Positions 1 through 13,779 of a stretch of 64,000 nt of DNA are shown here, in pieces. Both the position numbers and the translations under genes were made by a program. Source of the stretch: Octopus sinensis (Eukaryota). Where the stretch lies: NCBI RefSeq assembly GCF_006345805.1, contig NC_043001.1:27714001-27778000 (forward strand). The letters run 5' to 3'. How positions within the stretch are numbered: position 1 is the stretch's first letter; every line of letters begins with the position of its first letter. The notes below the pieces were generated by a model. It saw only the letters and a list, made by a program, of their open reading frames with translations, made no database searches and was not told the DNA's origin.

Positions 1-230
1 TATATGAAAATTTTATAGCCCAGTGTTCTCTTTCACATCGAAGTACTAAATAACCTGATATTGTCTGAATGTGAATGAATGTCAATGAAGCAGGAGGGGA
101 AAAATCCAATCTTCAATCAAGTATTACATTGAAGTATGTTACTGTCTGTTGTATGAGCTCTCTGAGAGTAAGGAAATGAAAATTGTTTGATTTCTCCTGC
201 TGGCATTCCTGCATCATAGCTATGTTTTAA

Positions 231-452
231 CCCTTTTGTTACCAATCCGCCTGAAACCGCCTCTGGTTTTGTAGTAGAAATGTCTTGTTTTCAAAAGTTC
301 TGATTTAAAATTTTCCAGCAAACCTTAGTCACAATTTATGTCCTTAACATTAGCTTAATGATAACTATGTTATTTTACTAAATTCATTGTTATATTTAAA
401 ATTAATTGAAAGAAACTGAGAGCATCTCCACAGAAATATGGTAACAAAAGGG
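231..452. mobile_element. piggyBac-type MITE (222 bp)
   Basis: Perfect 14-bp TIRs CCCTTTTGTTACCA (231-244) and TGGTAACAAAAGGG (439-452), flanked by TTAA at 227-230 and 453-456; no ORF. Confidence 0.9.
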
Positions 453-724
453 TTAAAGGTGAGTATGTGTCTCCACATGTCATGTATCAGCTGAATTTTT
501 TTACCTACTGAAGTTGCAATTTCAGCTTGTTTAAATTAGTTATTAAATCCAATAGAAATGGCAGCTCCAAAGCCATTTGAGATTGCAAAATTCTGTGGTA
601 GTCACACTTTATTTCTAAGATATGTAGTTATTTCTTCCTGCAGCGTATGTACTCTTTTTGGTATAATACCTGGCTATATGTTTTTATTTTGGGAACAACG
701 AACTTTATTATATTTTTTTTTTAA

Positions 725-1055
725 GCTCAGATGTAGCTGTGTAGTTAAGAAGCTTGCTTCCAAACCACATGATTTTGAATTCATTTCTACTGTGTGGCAC
801 CTTGGGCATTTGTCTTCTACTTTAGCCCTGGGTCGACCAAAATATTATGAGTAAGTTGGGTGGATGGGAACTGAAAGAAGTCTATTTTGTGTGTGTGTGT
901 GTGTGTCTATGTTAGTGTTTATTGGCTTGCTTGGAAACAAGTGAGGGTTGGTGATACAAAGAGCATGTGGCCATAGATAAATCTACCTCAATAAACACTG
1001 TCCAATCTAGGCAAGTATGGAAAAGTGGATGTTAAAATGATGATGATAGTGATGA
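725..1055 (+). mobile_element. Diverged tRNA-derived SINE (family A head) with (GT)n and an RTE-like (GAT)n tail
   Basis: Head gtagctgtgtagttaagaagcttgcttcc...caccttgggca is the reverse complement of family A copies elsewhere; ends atggaaaagtggatgttaaaatgatgatg. Confidence 0.75.
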
Positions 1056-2679
1056 ATACCCTGCCTTGTTTGCCCTCTAAATTTAGTGCATTTCAAATGA
1101 TTTATCTCAAAGCGCTGCTTCTTGTTGAATTCCTTATTTACAACAGCACTTCATGTAAAATTAAGCATATGGATTAACCAAAGTTGTTAACATACAAAGT
1201 ACTTTTCTGTCTGTATATCTTGGAAAGTATTCAGCATCAATCTTACTGTATTTTTTTGACATAATCCAACCCATGCCAGCATGGAAAATGGACGTTAAAT
1301 GATGATGATAATAGGTTTTGCTACCTAAACAGAAATTCATAAATCCCTCTAGCTTTAATTATAATTACTATTTTACTTTTACTCATTCAAATGGTAACAA
1401 ACAAATGCATTTGTTTAGCTTTAACATATTTTAAATATTTACTATTGTAAATATTAGTACATAACATAACAATTCTAATAGCTATCTATGTCTTATACTT
1501 AATGTATATACACTTTTAATATATCATTTACTGCAGCATTTGTCCTGAGATAACATCTCTTATGTGCTGTGTTAAAAAGACAACTATCAGAGGGAGATGA
1601 AATTTCATCCTAGCAGCTGCAGCAAGAATAGGTGCATTTTGGCCTTTTTATGCCATTTTCAATGGTAATTATTCAAAGCCAGCTATATAGTTGGATGTAT
1701 TTCAGGACAAATACTGCAGTAACTGGCCTATCAGCAACATATATACATTATGATACCTAGATGGTTATTTTGATTTAGTACTTCTTTAATTGAGCATACA
1801 AGATTTTTATTCAACTGGGTGACTGTTCATGACCTCAGCAAATGTTTTATTCACTGTTCCTATATTGGAGGCAACAAATTCTCATCTGAGCATGATGTTG
1901 GCTTTGAGTACATGTCATTGAAAGGGTCCAAAAAGGCTGCAATAAATCCAGCGTTTTTGCTAGCTGGTACAAATTTTCATCTCTCTGATATTTATTGCAT
2001 TTTTAATAGCATTTTCATAAAAGATATTCTTTCAGGACAAATATCGCAATAATTGACCTACCTATGGTGTATATTTATTAAGTATGATACATAGTTGGCT
2101 ATTTAATCTAATACTGCCTTAGTTGCATATACTGGAGAACAGTTTTGTATAATGATTACAATACCAAACCTTTCCTTATCTCTAGGTATGGTGTTTGTGA
2201 TGATACACTCTCTCAGAATGTTCTCTAATCTTATAGAATATTAAAAGTCTCTTTTTTAATATATTAATGTTGTGTAATTACAAATACATTAATAACATAA
2301 GCCATAATTAAATATTCCCAAATCTTACAAAAATGTAGAAAATTATGTTCATTGTCTTATGTCTGTTTTTCCATGCCAGCATGAGTTAGACAAATACATA
2401 ATATGGCATTATTTTACATGTAGATGCTCTTCCTGCCACTAAGCCTGAAGCTCTTCATTTTCTATGGAACATAAACCATCAATCAGTTTTCTCAACTGTA
2501 CTCGTCTCTGGGATGTCTTTTCTGCATCTCTCTAGTTGGATCCCTGCTTTTTGAGCTCCACTGTAGTATAGGGTGTCATCTCTTATACCTCCTATGCAGG
2601 TTCATATATTTCCCTGAGAGAAGGCTTTCCTATCTCAGGTCTTGTTGGTTTTGATTAACATCGTTTCTTCTGTAACTTT

Positions 2680-2858
2680 GCTTTTTTTCTAGGTAGGGCT
2701 GTTAGCTCAACGTAAACCCATTTTTACCTCTGCGAAGAGGTAGTCCATAATTGCCTGGCCTCTATCCTTTAACTTGTCCAGCACTGGAGGCCCTACCAGG
2801 AGATTGTGCTCCACTGGTATAGCTCTCTGGGTCATTAAGGCACTATGCCACAACAAGG
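2680..2858 (-). mobile_element. Probable 5' UTR fragment of an RTE-clade LINE
   Basis: Reverse strand reads ccttgttgtggc...gagctataccagtggagcacaatctcctggtagggcc, resembling the 5' region of RTE/BovB-like elements. Recognised from memory, not aligned. Confidence 0.45.
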
Positions 2859-3005
2859 ACTGGACCTTGTGGTTGTTACCTGTTTCCAAGAAGTTTTTCT
2901 TCTGTTTGTCTTTGAGCAAATATCATTATCCATAGTTCAGCTCAGTGCACAATCTAATCATTTGCACAAACACACTCTCTCTCACACACGTGTATATGTA
3001 TGCAC

Positions 3006-3041
<36 letters not shown>

Positions 3042-3045
3042 TATC

Positions 3046-3960
3046 CTTACCATCATTTAACATCTGTATTCCATATTGGTATAGGTTGAACAGTTTGACA
3101 AGATTCAACTAACCAGAGGACTGTGTTGGGTTCCAGTGTGTGCTTTGGCACACACTAAATGCTCTTCTTTCACAGTATATATTGGATGCATTTTTTCGTT
3201 TTTTTTTGTGGTTTGACAAGCATAAATTGGGTGTGTGTGTGCAAAGTTGTTAATGATATATTTTAAGGACCTTGTTTTGTGTTTGCTAAAATGGATAGAT
3301 CTTCCGAAGCATGACAAGTTGCCATTTCATGCCAGTTCTTTGTCAACTGTGAGGCTCAACAACCTGAAGTTGGCTTTCATCTCTCCATCCCAAGTCTTGG
3401 TAGGTTTCCCTCTCCCACAAGTTCCATCCACATTTAACGATTAACACTCCTTTATGCAGCTGTCCTCATCCATATGTATCATGTGACCACACCAGCACAT
3501 TCATCTCTTTTGTACACTACATCTGATGCTTTTTAAGCCTAATTTTTCTCTCATCTCATTTGCACTTAGTCATACATATACACTGACATTGCACATCCAG
3601 TAGTGGAGCATACTAGCTTCATTTCTTTCTAGTCTTCACTTACCATCTGCGTTTATAGTCCACATTTCACTACCATGTAACATTGTTGTTCGTACACGAG
3701 TATCATACAATCTGTCTTTTACTCTGAGAGAGAGTTTTTCATTACCGATAGGGGTAATAGCTCTCTGAACTTTCTTTAGCCACTTCATATTCTAGCTACT
3801 TTACTTTCAGAACATCTTCCTCTATAGCTAATGCGGTTACTAGTTTACAAAAACTGTCTACCTTTAAGGATCCTCCTGGACATTCAAGAAAATTTATTTC
3901 CTGTGTGTTGTTAGTGTTTATTGCTCCCATGCATCTGCCACAAACAAATTCTTTTCCATT
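3046..3960 (-). mobile_element. Decayed RTE-clade LINE 3' portion
   Basis: Reverse strand encodes a broken KFRELLP...RVKDRLYDTRVRTTMLHGSEMW...ERNEASML, homologous to 26765-27886; (GAT)n-type tail near 3050. Confidence 0.8.
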
Positions 3961-4901
3961 GATTCGGGCTTTGTACAGTTTTTGTGTATCAATTTGGGAC
4001 AATAGTAGAAAACACTTGTCCAAGGTGTCATGCATTGTGATTGGCTTGATACCACTTGGTTATAAAGTGGGCTTCTTAACTATAAAGCCATAAAGGACCT
4101 CCACCCTGTTCCTGTTTGTTTGCGAAAATAATGTAAAATTGATAAAGTGGTTTAATTGTGAAGATATTCTTTCTATTTTTAAATTTAATAAATACATAAC
4201 TTTGAAACTTTACAGGAAACTATTTATAACTCAATATCTTCAAAACAAAAACAAACTTTTCAAAACTAACCTATGTAATTAGATATATATGTCACATGTT
4301 TAGAGCTATTTTGCTACATATCACAACTGACAGATAGCAACGTAAATCTAGACTGATATGAATTGATCTTGTATATATTATTGAAACAGTGGTCAAATTT
4401 AATGGTGAATTATGTAAATATTTGTGCATGACATGTATCAATGAAATATAAGTATATATTCAACAAAGAATTAGTTAAAAGATAAAACAATATTGAAATT
4501 TAAAAAAAAAAACCCATTTAATAGATCAAAATACATATTAGTTTTTAACTGTTTTTATTTCCATATACAACATTATAAGCAACAAACCTTTGTCAGGATA
4601 TTGCATTGGAAGAGTATGTAGAAAATTGTAGTAAATATATTTAGGTATTAGTGTAGTGGTTTAATCATTATTTTAGGTTAGCAAAATATTGCATCAGAAA
4701 TCAAACAGCATTTTTTTTCTAGACATCACAAGCTTGGTAGATATCAAATTTTGTTAGGGGACTGAGGGCTGAATAATTTTTCCTGGGCTAGAGGCTTTAA
4801 ATTGCTGACTGTTAGTCCATATGACAGATATAGTTTGTACAGCAAAGACATTAACCTTATTATAGGGTTCAGCGTTATGAATATATTAAATATGGTAACA
4901 A

Positions 4902-5580
4902 TCATCATCATCCAGTGTTTTAAATCTGAGTTTTGTCCCCATTAATGGGGGTGGCCGGATCTACCTCATTGCCATAGCAACCACCATCACACCATCTTGC
5001 CTGGTTTTGGGCGTCCTCCTTTTTCAAACCAACCCGCCCAATCTCTTCCTCCACCTGCCCCCTCCACCTTTTCCTCAGTCTACCTTGCTTTCGCACTCCA
5101 TTTACCTCAAACACAATCACCCTCCTCAGAACATGCCCATGCCAACCATTCCACCGATTCCTCCAACCCCAGCATTTCCATCAAATCCCCAGTCCTCCTC
5201 TTATCAAACAGCTTCACCTCACACATTTCTCTCACCATTGCTCTCTCAGTCCTCAAAATTACCATCTCTTTCTCACTGCCATACTGCATTGCAGCTCTCA
5301 CACAACTCTTATAGACCCTTCCTTTCATCTTTAATGAGAACCTTTCCTCATACAACAATGCTCCACATTCCCTGAACTTCACCCAGCCAAGTCACGCTCT
5401 TGCTGTCACAGCTGCTTCACATCCATCCTATCTCCCAAATAACAAAACCCTCTCACTGTTTCCACCTTGTCACATAGTGTTTCCACTGGTTCTGCCAGCC
5501 CTCCAGCTCCTTTCTCACATCATCCACAAACAAACTCTCTCACCAGTCTTGGGGTCACCTTCATTTTCCTACATCTACCA
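4902..5580 (-). mobile_element. RTE-clade LINE 3' fragment (different subfamily)
   Basis: ORF-track peptides KFRECGALLYEERFSLKMKGRVYKSCVRAAMQYGSE and GRLRKRWRGQVEE are typical RTE RT C-terminus; (GAT)n tail at 4902. Confidence 0.85.
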
Positions 5581-6302
5581 TGCTAATTTAAATTGATGTT
5601 TAGATAAAGAATACAGTCTTTATAGTAACCGTTTTAATGTTATCTATAACCTATTATCCAGTATAAAATGACTTCAAAATGGCTCTATTTTTCAAGTAAG
5701 GGGTTATTTATTCCATGAGGCTTCAAAAGAAAGAAGTGCTCAGATGATTTTTTGACAGGAAAAACTAAAGAACACTGCTTAACTCTACTCTTGTACAAGT
5801 GATTGCAGATATATGCACGCACACACAAACACTCCTTTCAGTTTCTTACTACCAAATTCACTCACAAAGCTTTAGTTGGCTCAAGGCTACAACAGCACTT
5901 GCTCAAGGTGCCTTGCAGACTGAACCTGAAACCATGTGGCTGGGACGCAAACTTTTCAAATATATCGTCATGTACTAGTCTGTATTTTGTTACATATCTT
6001 TACCTAAAATATTTCTATGGTGTAAGTAGTGAAATGATTTTTGATAAAGATTTTCTTCAAAAAGCTGCTTTTGGCTTTTGTAAAATCACACCAGATATGA
6101 AGATTTGTTTATATGGAATTACAGTAGCTATTGTTTGTTCAACAGTTTATTTATTTTTTTACCACTTTAGAAGTTAACTAACATTAAAGTAAAATCTGTT
6201 TTTCTCTTAAAGCTTTTGTAACTTTTACTTTTTTCTTGTAAGTTAAAAATATTCTATAAAATTATCAGATTCACCAGGAATATCAAAATTATATTATTTT
6301 TT

Positions 6303-6510
6303 TATTTGGTTTCTGTCATTTTGACTGCAGCCATGTTGGAGCACTGCCTTTAGTCAAACAAATCATCCCCAGAACTTATTCTTTGTAAGCCTAGTACTTA
6401 TGCTATTGGTCTCTTTTGCCAAACTACTATGTTACAGAGACGTAAACACATCAACATTGGTTGTCAGGCGATGGTGGGGGGACTAACACAGATACATATA
6501 TGTGTGTATG

Positions 6511-6568
<58 letters not shown>

Positions 6569-6737
6569 CATACACGATGGACTTCTTTTCAGTTTCCATC
6601 TACCAAATCCACTCACAAGGCTTTGGTTTGCCTGAGGCTTTAGTAGAAGACACTTGCCCAAGGTGCCATGCAATGGGACTGAATCCGGAATCGTAGTTGG
6701 GAAGCAAAAGCTTCTTACCACACAGCCACTCCTGCGC
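6303..6737 (-). mobile_element. Full-length tRNA-derived SINE, family A, with internal (TA)n
   Basis: Reverse strand begins gcgcaggagtggctgtgtggtaag (A box) and has ggattcagtccc (B-box-like) and caccttgggcaagtgtcttc; colinear with copies at 16.4, 22.4, 32.4 and 61.4 kb. Confidence 0.9.
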
Positions 6738-8137
6738 TTTAGTTTGAAAAAAAATTATCTCATCTTATTAATCCATAACTTAATGAAATTGTGAACATAA
6801 CTACAGACTTCCAATGTGACTAGAATACATTCTGATAGCTAAGCTTTTTTTGAAAAAGAGAAAGGAAAAAAAAGCTTGAAACAAAATATGTCTATTGAAA
6901 ATAGTAACACAGATTTTATTTGGATTTAAATAATGGGCTTAGTTCAATATAAAAATCATCTCCAACACAGACATCCATATTCTTTTCTGGCATGGGTTGA
7001 ATGGTGTGACTGGATCCAACTAGTCTGAAGGCTGTGTTGGTCTTTGTCTACTTTGGCACAGTTTCTATGGTTTGATACCTTTCCTAACAGCTATCACTTT
7101 TACAGAGTGTACTCATTGCTTTTATCATGGCATCAACACTACTGGGGTCACCAAATAACATCCAAAACATAACCCATTACACAGTGTGGGGTGCTATATT
7201 GAGGGAGGTGGCATTGTGCCAGGTGTAGAGAGGTGAAAGTAAGAAAGAAGGAAGGACAGGGACAGGTGTCTTATTGTTGAGGAGACACGTAGGTGCCCTA
7301 GCAAGAAAGAGAGAAAGGATACTGGACAATATAATCTTTGATACTCAGTTCAGTATATTTGAAATCTTCTACAATTAAAGAAGTCTTTTTGTTCAGAACA
7401 CTTTTTATAAATATGTATTTTTTTAGCTGGTCACTTCATTACTTTATTTTGGTAAACTTTGTCTTTAATCCCAAAACTGCTGAGCAATAAGTTCTTCCAT
7501 ATGTTATTTTTATCAAATTATGTCTTTCAATTTTCCAGTTTTTATGTAATTGTGAACTACTTGAAACTTTTCTAAATAAGAATGATCATGGCTGAAACTA
7601 TAATTTCCTGGGTAGGTTTTATTATGGGATCAATAATAATTATCAATCATGCATTGTAAAGGTTTCCATGTAGCTATATTTTATTCGTAAATGGAGTTAA
7701 AAAATAAATGAATAGATTAATACTTGAGTATGTTGCTTAGTACCTAAGCTGTGTATAATATTAATGCCATTTTAAGATCATTTAACTATTTCATATATCT
7801 CATATCCTGTTTGTATATCATCACCACCACCAATAAAACTGATTGGTCTGCTTATCTGTTAATCTTACTATATCTAGAGATTACAGTTGCTGTCCTTATT
7901 ACTATCCTAATCATAGTTCTATCATTCACCCCAACTATCTCAACTATGTAAAATTATTATTCCAGTGAGGATATATCCAGCTCTGTTACCAAACTTAGCT
8001 ACCCAATAGTATTTCCATTTATGCTTCTCTCCTGTGACCAGCCTGACTAATCTGACTAATCTTACTATACGTTTTATCTTATTTGCAAATATTGACTTGT
8101 GTTCTAACATCTCTCCTACCTTTTCAGCTCTACTTTT

Positions 8138-9369
8138 TATTGGGCTGGAACAAAAATTTGTAGTGTTTTTTAATAGGTGGTGTGTAAACATATAATTTTG
8201 TTTCACATGTGACTCAAATATATGACATGTATACATACTCTGAAAGGTAACATTTCATGTCTTTCAATAGAATTCATGTGTGGATTGTGAATTTTAAATA
8301 TTTTTACATTAAAAGTGAAAATTGAGGAAAATGAAATGCAGTTTCATCATTTGATGCTCTTTTATTTCTAGAAAGGAAAAACACTGAACAAACAGTAAAA
8401 AAGATGTGCCATTTATGGAGATGGTGCCATACCTGAGAGTACTGTTTGAAAGTGGTTTGCTAGGTTCAGTAGTGGAAATTACGACCTGGAAGATTGAGAA
8501 TGTTCCAGCAAGCCTGCAACTATTGATAATGACAGATTATCTAGGTCACACTGTATGGGACATTGCAAAGATACTCTATATATATCTCATATGAGCATTG
8601 TAAGGAATTTGAAAACACTTGGATATGTGAAGCACTACAATGTTTGGGTATCTCATGAGTTACAAGAAAAATATTCTGTTAAAACACAATAAAAACAACC
8701 TATATTTGAAAAGAATAACAGAAGATGGAAAATGAATTGTTTACCACAGTGTAAGTGAAAAAGATACTGAGGAAAATAAAATGAGCACTGTTAACCAGTT
8801 CAAAAGTTGGTTGTATCTGAAGAAGGTGATGTTGTGTATCTGGTGGGGCTAGAAGGGCATTGTGTGTTACAAGTTCCTTCTGCAAAATTAGATGTTGAAT
8901 TCAGACAGGTATTGCCTAATTTGACTGATTAAAGGTAGCAATTGATGAAAAGCAGCCAGGATTGACTATTGAAAAGGGTATCATTTTCCATCAGGATAAT
9001 ACCAGATCTTGCTTCTCTCTGCAGACCCAGCAGAAATTGTTATAGCTTGGCTACCATGTCCTACCTTACATATATTCATCTGACCTTGCAACTTTCAGTT
9101 ACTACTTATTTCAATCCCTACACAATTCTCTTAATGAGAAGGGCTTCAATTTACTGGCAGCCTGTAAAAAAAACCCCAAAAAACACAACAGTAAATTACC
9201 CAGAAATATGTCAAGTTGTGGGAGGATGAAATAATGATGTTGCAAAGATGTCGAGAAGTAGTGGAATAAAATGGCACATGTATAACTGAATAAATCTAAG
9301 TACAAATATCTAAATATTTTCTTTGAATTGCACATAAAAAGCACTACAGACTTTTGTTCTGAAGTAATA
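8138..9369 (+). mobile_element. Decayed full-length mariner (Tc1/mariner) transposon with transposase pseudogene
   Basis: Imperfect ~34-bp TIRs: tattgggctggaacaaaaatttgtagtgtttttt (8138) versus the reverse complement of aaaaagcactacagacttttgttctgaagtaata (ends 9369); about 1.23 kb. Broken frames give IYGDGAIPESTV*KWFARFSSGNYDLED (HTH), IIFHQDNTR and YSSDLATFSYYLFQSL (YSPDLAPSDY-like). Confidence 0.88.
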
Positions 9370-10184
9370 TTTTATTTGCCAACCCAAGACAGTGACTGAA
9401 CTCCCTCATTATTTACATGCCAGATTCCTTCACAGTTGACACTCCCTGTAAATAACTCTGCTTCACTGCCTCCTAAATTATCATCAGCATGGATTTTGCT
9501 TGAATAATGATAAAGAAGGAATATATTTTTGTTGAGAAATGTAAAATTGATAAATGTGAAATGAATGTAAAAATGCACACCCATGCATATATTTCATCAT
9601 TCAAATACAAGTAATATAATTGAAAGTTGAGCCTTCTTAGTATCTGTACCTGAAATTTGGGGCTAATTATGAAATGCTGTGTAAATAAATCTGGAAGGAG
9701 GAATTTCTCTCTTTTTTTTCTGTGACAGTTTTGCATATTTGTTTATTTTTTTTGTTCTACTAACCTAGTAAATTTTCTTGTAGACTTTTGTCACATATCT
9801 CAGCAGTATTCTAATTCTTCCACATTCTCCTAAGCTTGGAAAAAAAAAAAAAAAAAAGAAATAAGGCAGATGTGTAGGCTTTTGGTTTTGTTTGTTAAAT
9901 ACCACTTTGTGATATAGTGACTTCAGTTAAAGCATTATATATACACTTACATTTATAAAGCAAGTATTTAAATATTTGACAGTGAAACCATTTTCTAAAT
10001 AAACTGTTGCTTCTTCATTGTTATTTGCTTTATGCTGTACCAAACTTCTCTCCTCTCTCATTCCGTGGTTAGATATTCTAATATAGGAGTTAATAGATGT
10101 TTGTATATTGAGTAAATTGTAAAACAGCTGCATTGATTTTCCTTTGGTGCAGCTTTTCTATTAAACTATATTGCTTGTTTTCCA

Positions 10185-10620
10185 TTTTGTTTTCGTTTTT
10201 TCCTTCTTCTGTCTCCTGCATTTCCTTCTCTTTGTTCTCTTCTACATTCTTTATTTTTTTTTCTCTCTTCCATGTTTTTCCTCCTTTCTTATCTCTACCT
10301 CTTTTACCTTCCTTTTTTTCTTTTTTTTTCTCCTTCCTTCCTTTATTCTTCCATTTTCTTCCTTCCTTCTGCCTATTTTTCTCTCTTTTCCTTTCTCCTT
10401 TTGTCTTCCTTCTCTTGTCTCTTCATCTGTCTTCTCCCTATTCTTCTCTTTATTCCTTTTTTTTTATTCTCCTTTCCTTGTCTTCTCTCTTCTGTTATTT
10501 CTTCATCCTTTTTCTGCCTCTTTATTTTCCCTTTTTCTTCTTTTCACTTTCCTTTCCTTCCTTCTACCCCCTCTTTCTTTTGACTCCAGCCAAAGTTCCT
10601 TAAATTTTTTTTTCTTGTTA
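10185..10620. repeat. Low-complexity polypyrimidine (C/T) tract, about 430 bp
   Basis: Almost entirely C and T on the + strand; produces three overlapping F/L/S-rich spurious ORFs. Confidence 0.9.
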
Positions 10621-11510
10621 ATTTAACGATTTTTAATGTAAATTCCTTTACCTCATTTTTTTTTTTATTCTTCAAATTATGACCTAAAATCTATTATATT
10701 CTATAAACTTTTGTTTATGATAAGAATTTGCATTTACTCTCATTTAACTGACATGAATATAAAAATGAAACTTCTTAGAATTGCGCTCTTTTTTTAATAT
10801 AATGTATTTAAAATATTTTGAATTTTTATCTGAGTCTTTGTATTAAAAAATAAAGAAATACCTAAATTAGTATGATACAACAAGCCTTAAATTGCCAAAC
10901 ATTTAACCATAAAAAAAACCTCAAAAAATTTATCATTCAGTCCTTTCATATATTTTACTGGAAACACTAGGACAAAACTTATTTTTTACAAAAAATAATT
11001 TATTCTAATATTATCAATATTTTCTTTGGGGATTTTTTATCTTGAAATATTCTGTCCAATAGAATTGACTTTCTTCTGGATTAGTAATACATACACATCA
11101 TATTGTTTTCATAAACACTACTATGTTGAAATTCTTTCATTTTTCCCTCTTTTCCTTTTTCTTATCTCCTCTTTGATTTGACCCTTGCAATATTCTGATA
11201 AACTGTAAAGAATTCATTTTACAAACTTGATTTAAAAGTGAATTGGGAAATTTTATCCTTAGTAATTTATTTATTTCAAAAAGAGAAGAAAATACTTCTG
11301 AGGTAATTTATTTATTATAAAATTTCCCATAGATTGCCTCTTTGTATCTAATTCCAGAAGACAGCTGGAAAATTGCTGTGAAAGTGCACATTTTTGGTTG
11401 TATATCATTAGCAGTAAGTAACAAGTAGGTAAATGGAGTTAAATTTTAAACTTATTTCATATTTTCATTTGAATAATTTAAGATTATTTGACAGTGAAAT
11501 ATGTTTAAAG

Positions 11511-11543
<33 letters not shown>

Positions 11544-13779
11544 GATTAATATAAAGAAGTTATTTTTAACTAAGTTTTCTCATTTACTCTCCAAGACTAG
11601 CAGTACACAGTTAGTTACACTATGCTACTAGCCTTATGTGTTTAAAACCTATTTTAAACTGCTCATAGTTATGTGCTGGAGGGAAAATACATATAAACAC
11701 AAACCTCTGTATGGAGAGATGTTGCTAGTGTATTGTTAGTTAAGACAAAAATGGATGGTCAGAATAGATTAAAATAGAATAGGACTTTATTAAGAATGTT
11801 CAGAAGAAATATAAAGACCAATTAAGGGTTATGGATTATTTCTTTAATAATGAATCGAAGACAGTTTTTAAAAAATAGTTGATAATATTTTCATTGGCTA
11901 TTTCACAGATTTGGTAGATGTTAACTCAGGCTGATCTGGTTTATCATATACATAACTATCCTAACTGAACATGATATTTATTGTATAAGATAGGTCAATC
12001 TCTGATAATATTATAGTGGACTTCAGTTTTTGAATTTTAGACCATTCTTTTCAGTAGGATTGTTAGTAAGTGGGTCATTCTTAAATCCTTCATCTGAATT
12101 CATGTAGTTGTATTTCTTTAAGTTTTCATAATGTTATGATAATCCAGTTACGTTTTCCGAGACAGAAAAATTAAATTTTTGAACTTAATTTTGCATATGA
12201 TTGTACTGAAATCTCATATTTACATGTAATTTTTGGAAGGTTGATGATAAACCTTCCTAAAATAATAAATGATTATGATATATATCTGCCTCTATTGTCA
12301 TCACCACCACCATCATCATCATATTTTTTAGCATAAAAACTTGCCACTACTTAAGGGCTCTTGTCATCTACTTCGTAAGGCTTAGTGTTTTGAGATTATC
12401 ATTCATTACTTCTGCTTCTACACATTCCTTCTATTTGGATTGCTTGGCACTTCTTTGCCTGACTGTCATCCTTCATATACTTCACATATTTGTACTAGCA
12501 CAATCCCTTTTGTGTCTACCATAACTGATTTTTCAGTTGCTCATCTTATTTTTTCTTCGCTCATTTGTGTTCTACCATTTTATGCATACTAACATTACAC
12601 ATTCAGCAGAATGTGCTCTCTTCATTTGTTTCTAGCATTTGCCCATTCTTTGCATCTAGTGTATTCATTCATTCGGTTTTTGTTTCCCAAATTCACTGTC
12701 AAGGGCTTTGGTTGGCCCAGGGCTATAGTAGAAGACACTTGCCCAAGGTGCCATGCAGTGGGCCTAGAGCCAAAACCATGTGGCTGAGGAAGCAAACCTC
12801 TCAACCACATAACTACATGTTCCTGACAATTGTTTATTTGCTTAAGATTATCATTCTTTTTCATGTAGTGACATTTGCAATTGCTGCTAGATACCGGCTT
12901 AATAATCTCTTGAAGCTAAGATAATTTCAATAAATCAAGAATCTAGTATATCTTTCTTTCATTTTTGTTATTCCAGTGCAGGCCACTGGCCTCTCTGGCA
13001 GTATTTATTCTAGCTTCTAACAACTGCCAATTCAGCTGCACACAGACACTGAAAAAGATGAAATATTTAACCGAAGGCAGTGTTCCAACATGACTTTGGT
13101 TATGATATATAAAACCACTTGAAAAATTTGACAAAATTTAAATAATCAAAATTAAAAAGACAATGTAAAATTATACATCATCTAAACTAATGTAAAAACC
13201 AATCTGTACATGCAAACAGGTCCAGACAAACGTGCATGTATATGTTTATGTTATTATTCTCCAGACCTATGATGAAAAGCATTTCAACTAGAATTATTTT
13301 GTTTTCAAACATGTCCTATTTTGGACTTCATAAACCAACATCTCCTTTTTAAAGACGATACAAATATAAAGTAAGGAACAGTTGGGTGCTGTTTCTTAAG
13401 GGTTGAACAACCTCACAAACAACCTATATTGTGTTGGGCTTACTGTTAGAATTCAAAAGCCAGTGGCATTACTAGCTATACACTAATATATATATATATA
13501 ATCATTTGTAGAAATACATAAATCCGGAGGAGAAGCACATTCTAAGATGTGGAGCTAGTGGTTTCTGTTAAATAGCTGACAAGTGCAGTGCTTCTACATA
13601 TTTTATGGAAGCCACGGGTCTTCCATAAATATGGAATGATTTGTTTTATATATATATATCACTAATCAGTCCATTATCATTCCTCAGCAATGGCTAGCCA
13701 CTAAAAACAGTACATTTCTGTCTGTCTATTATTAACTTCATGGACACTTTTAATGACAAAATAAATTAACACTCTTTTG

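Noticed and set aside
6429-6721. ORFs with YIYIYI runs (also near 2.9, 16.5, 21.7, 34.8 and 48.7 kb)
   Set aside because: Translations of (TA)n microsatellites.
10133-10626. Three overlapping 103-156 aa hydrophobic ORFs
   Set aside because: Artefact of the C/T tract, which lacks stop codons; no protein-family signature.
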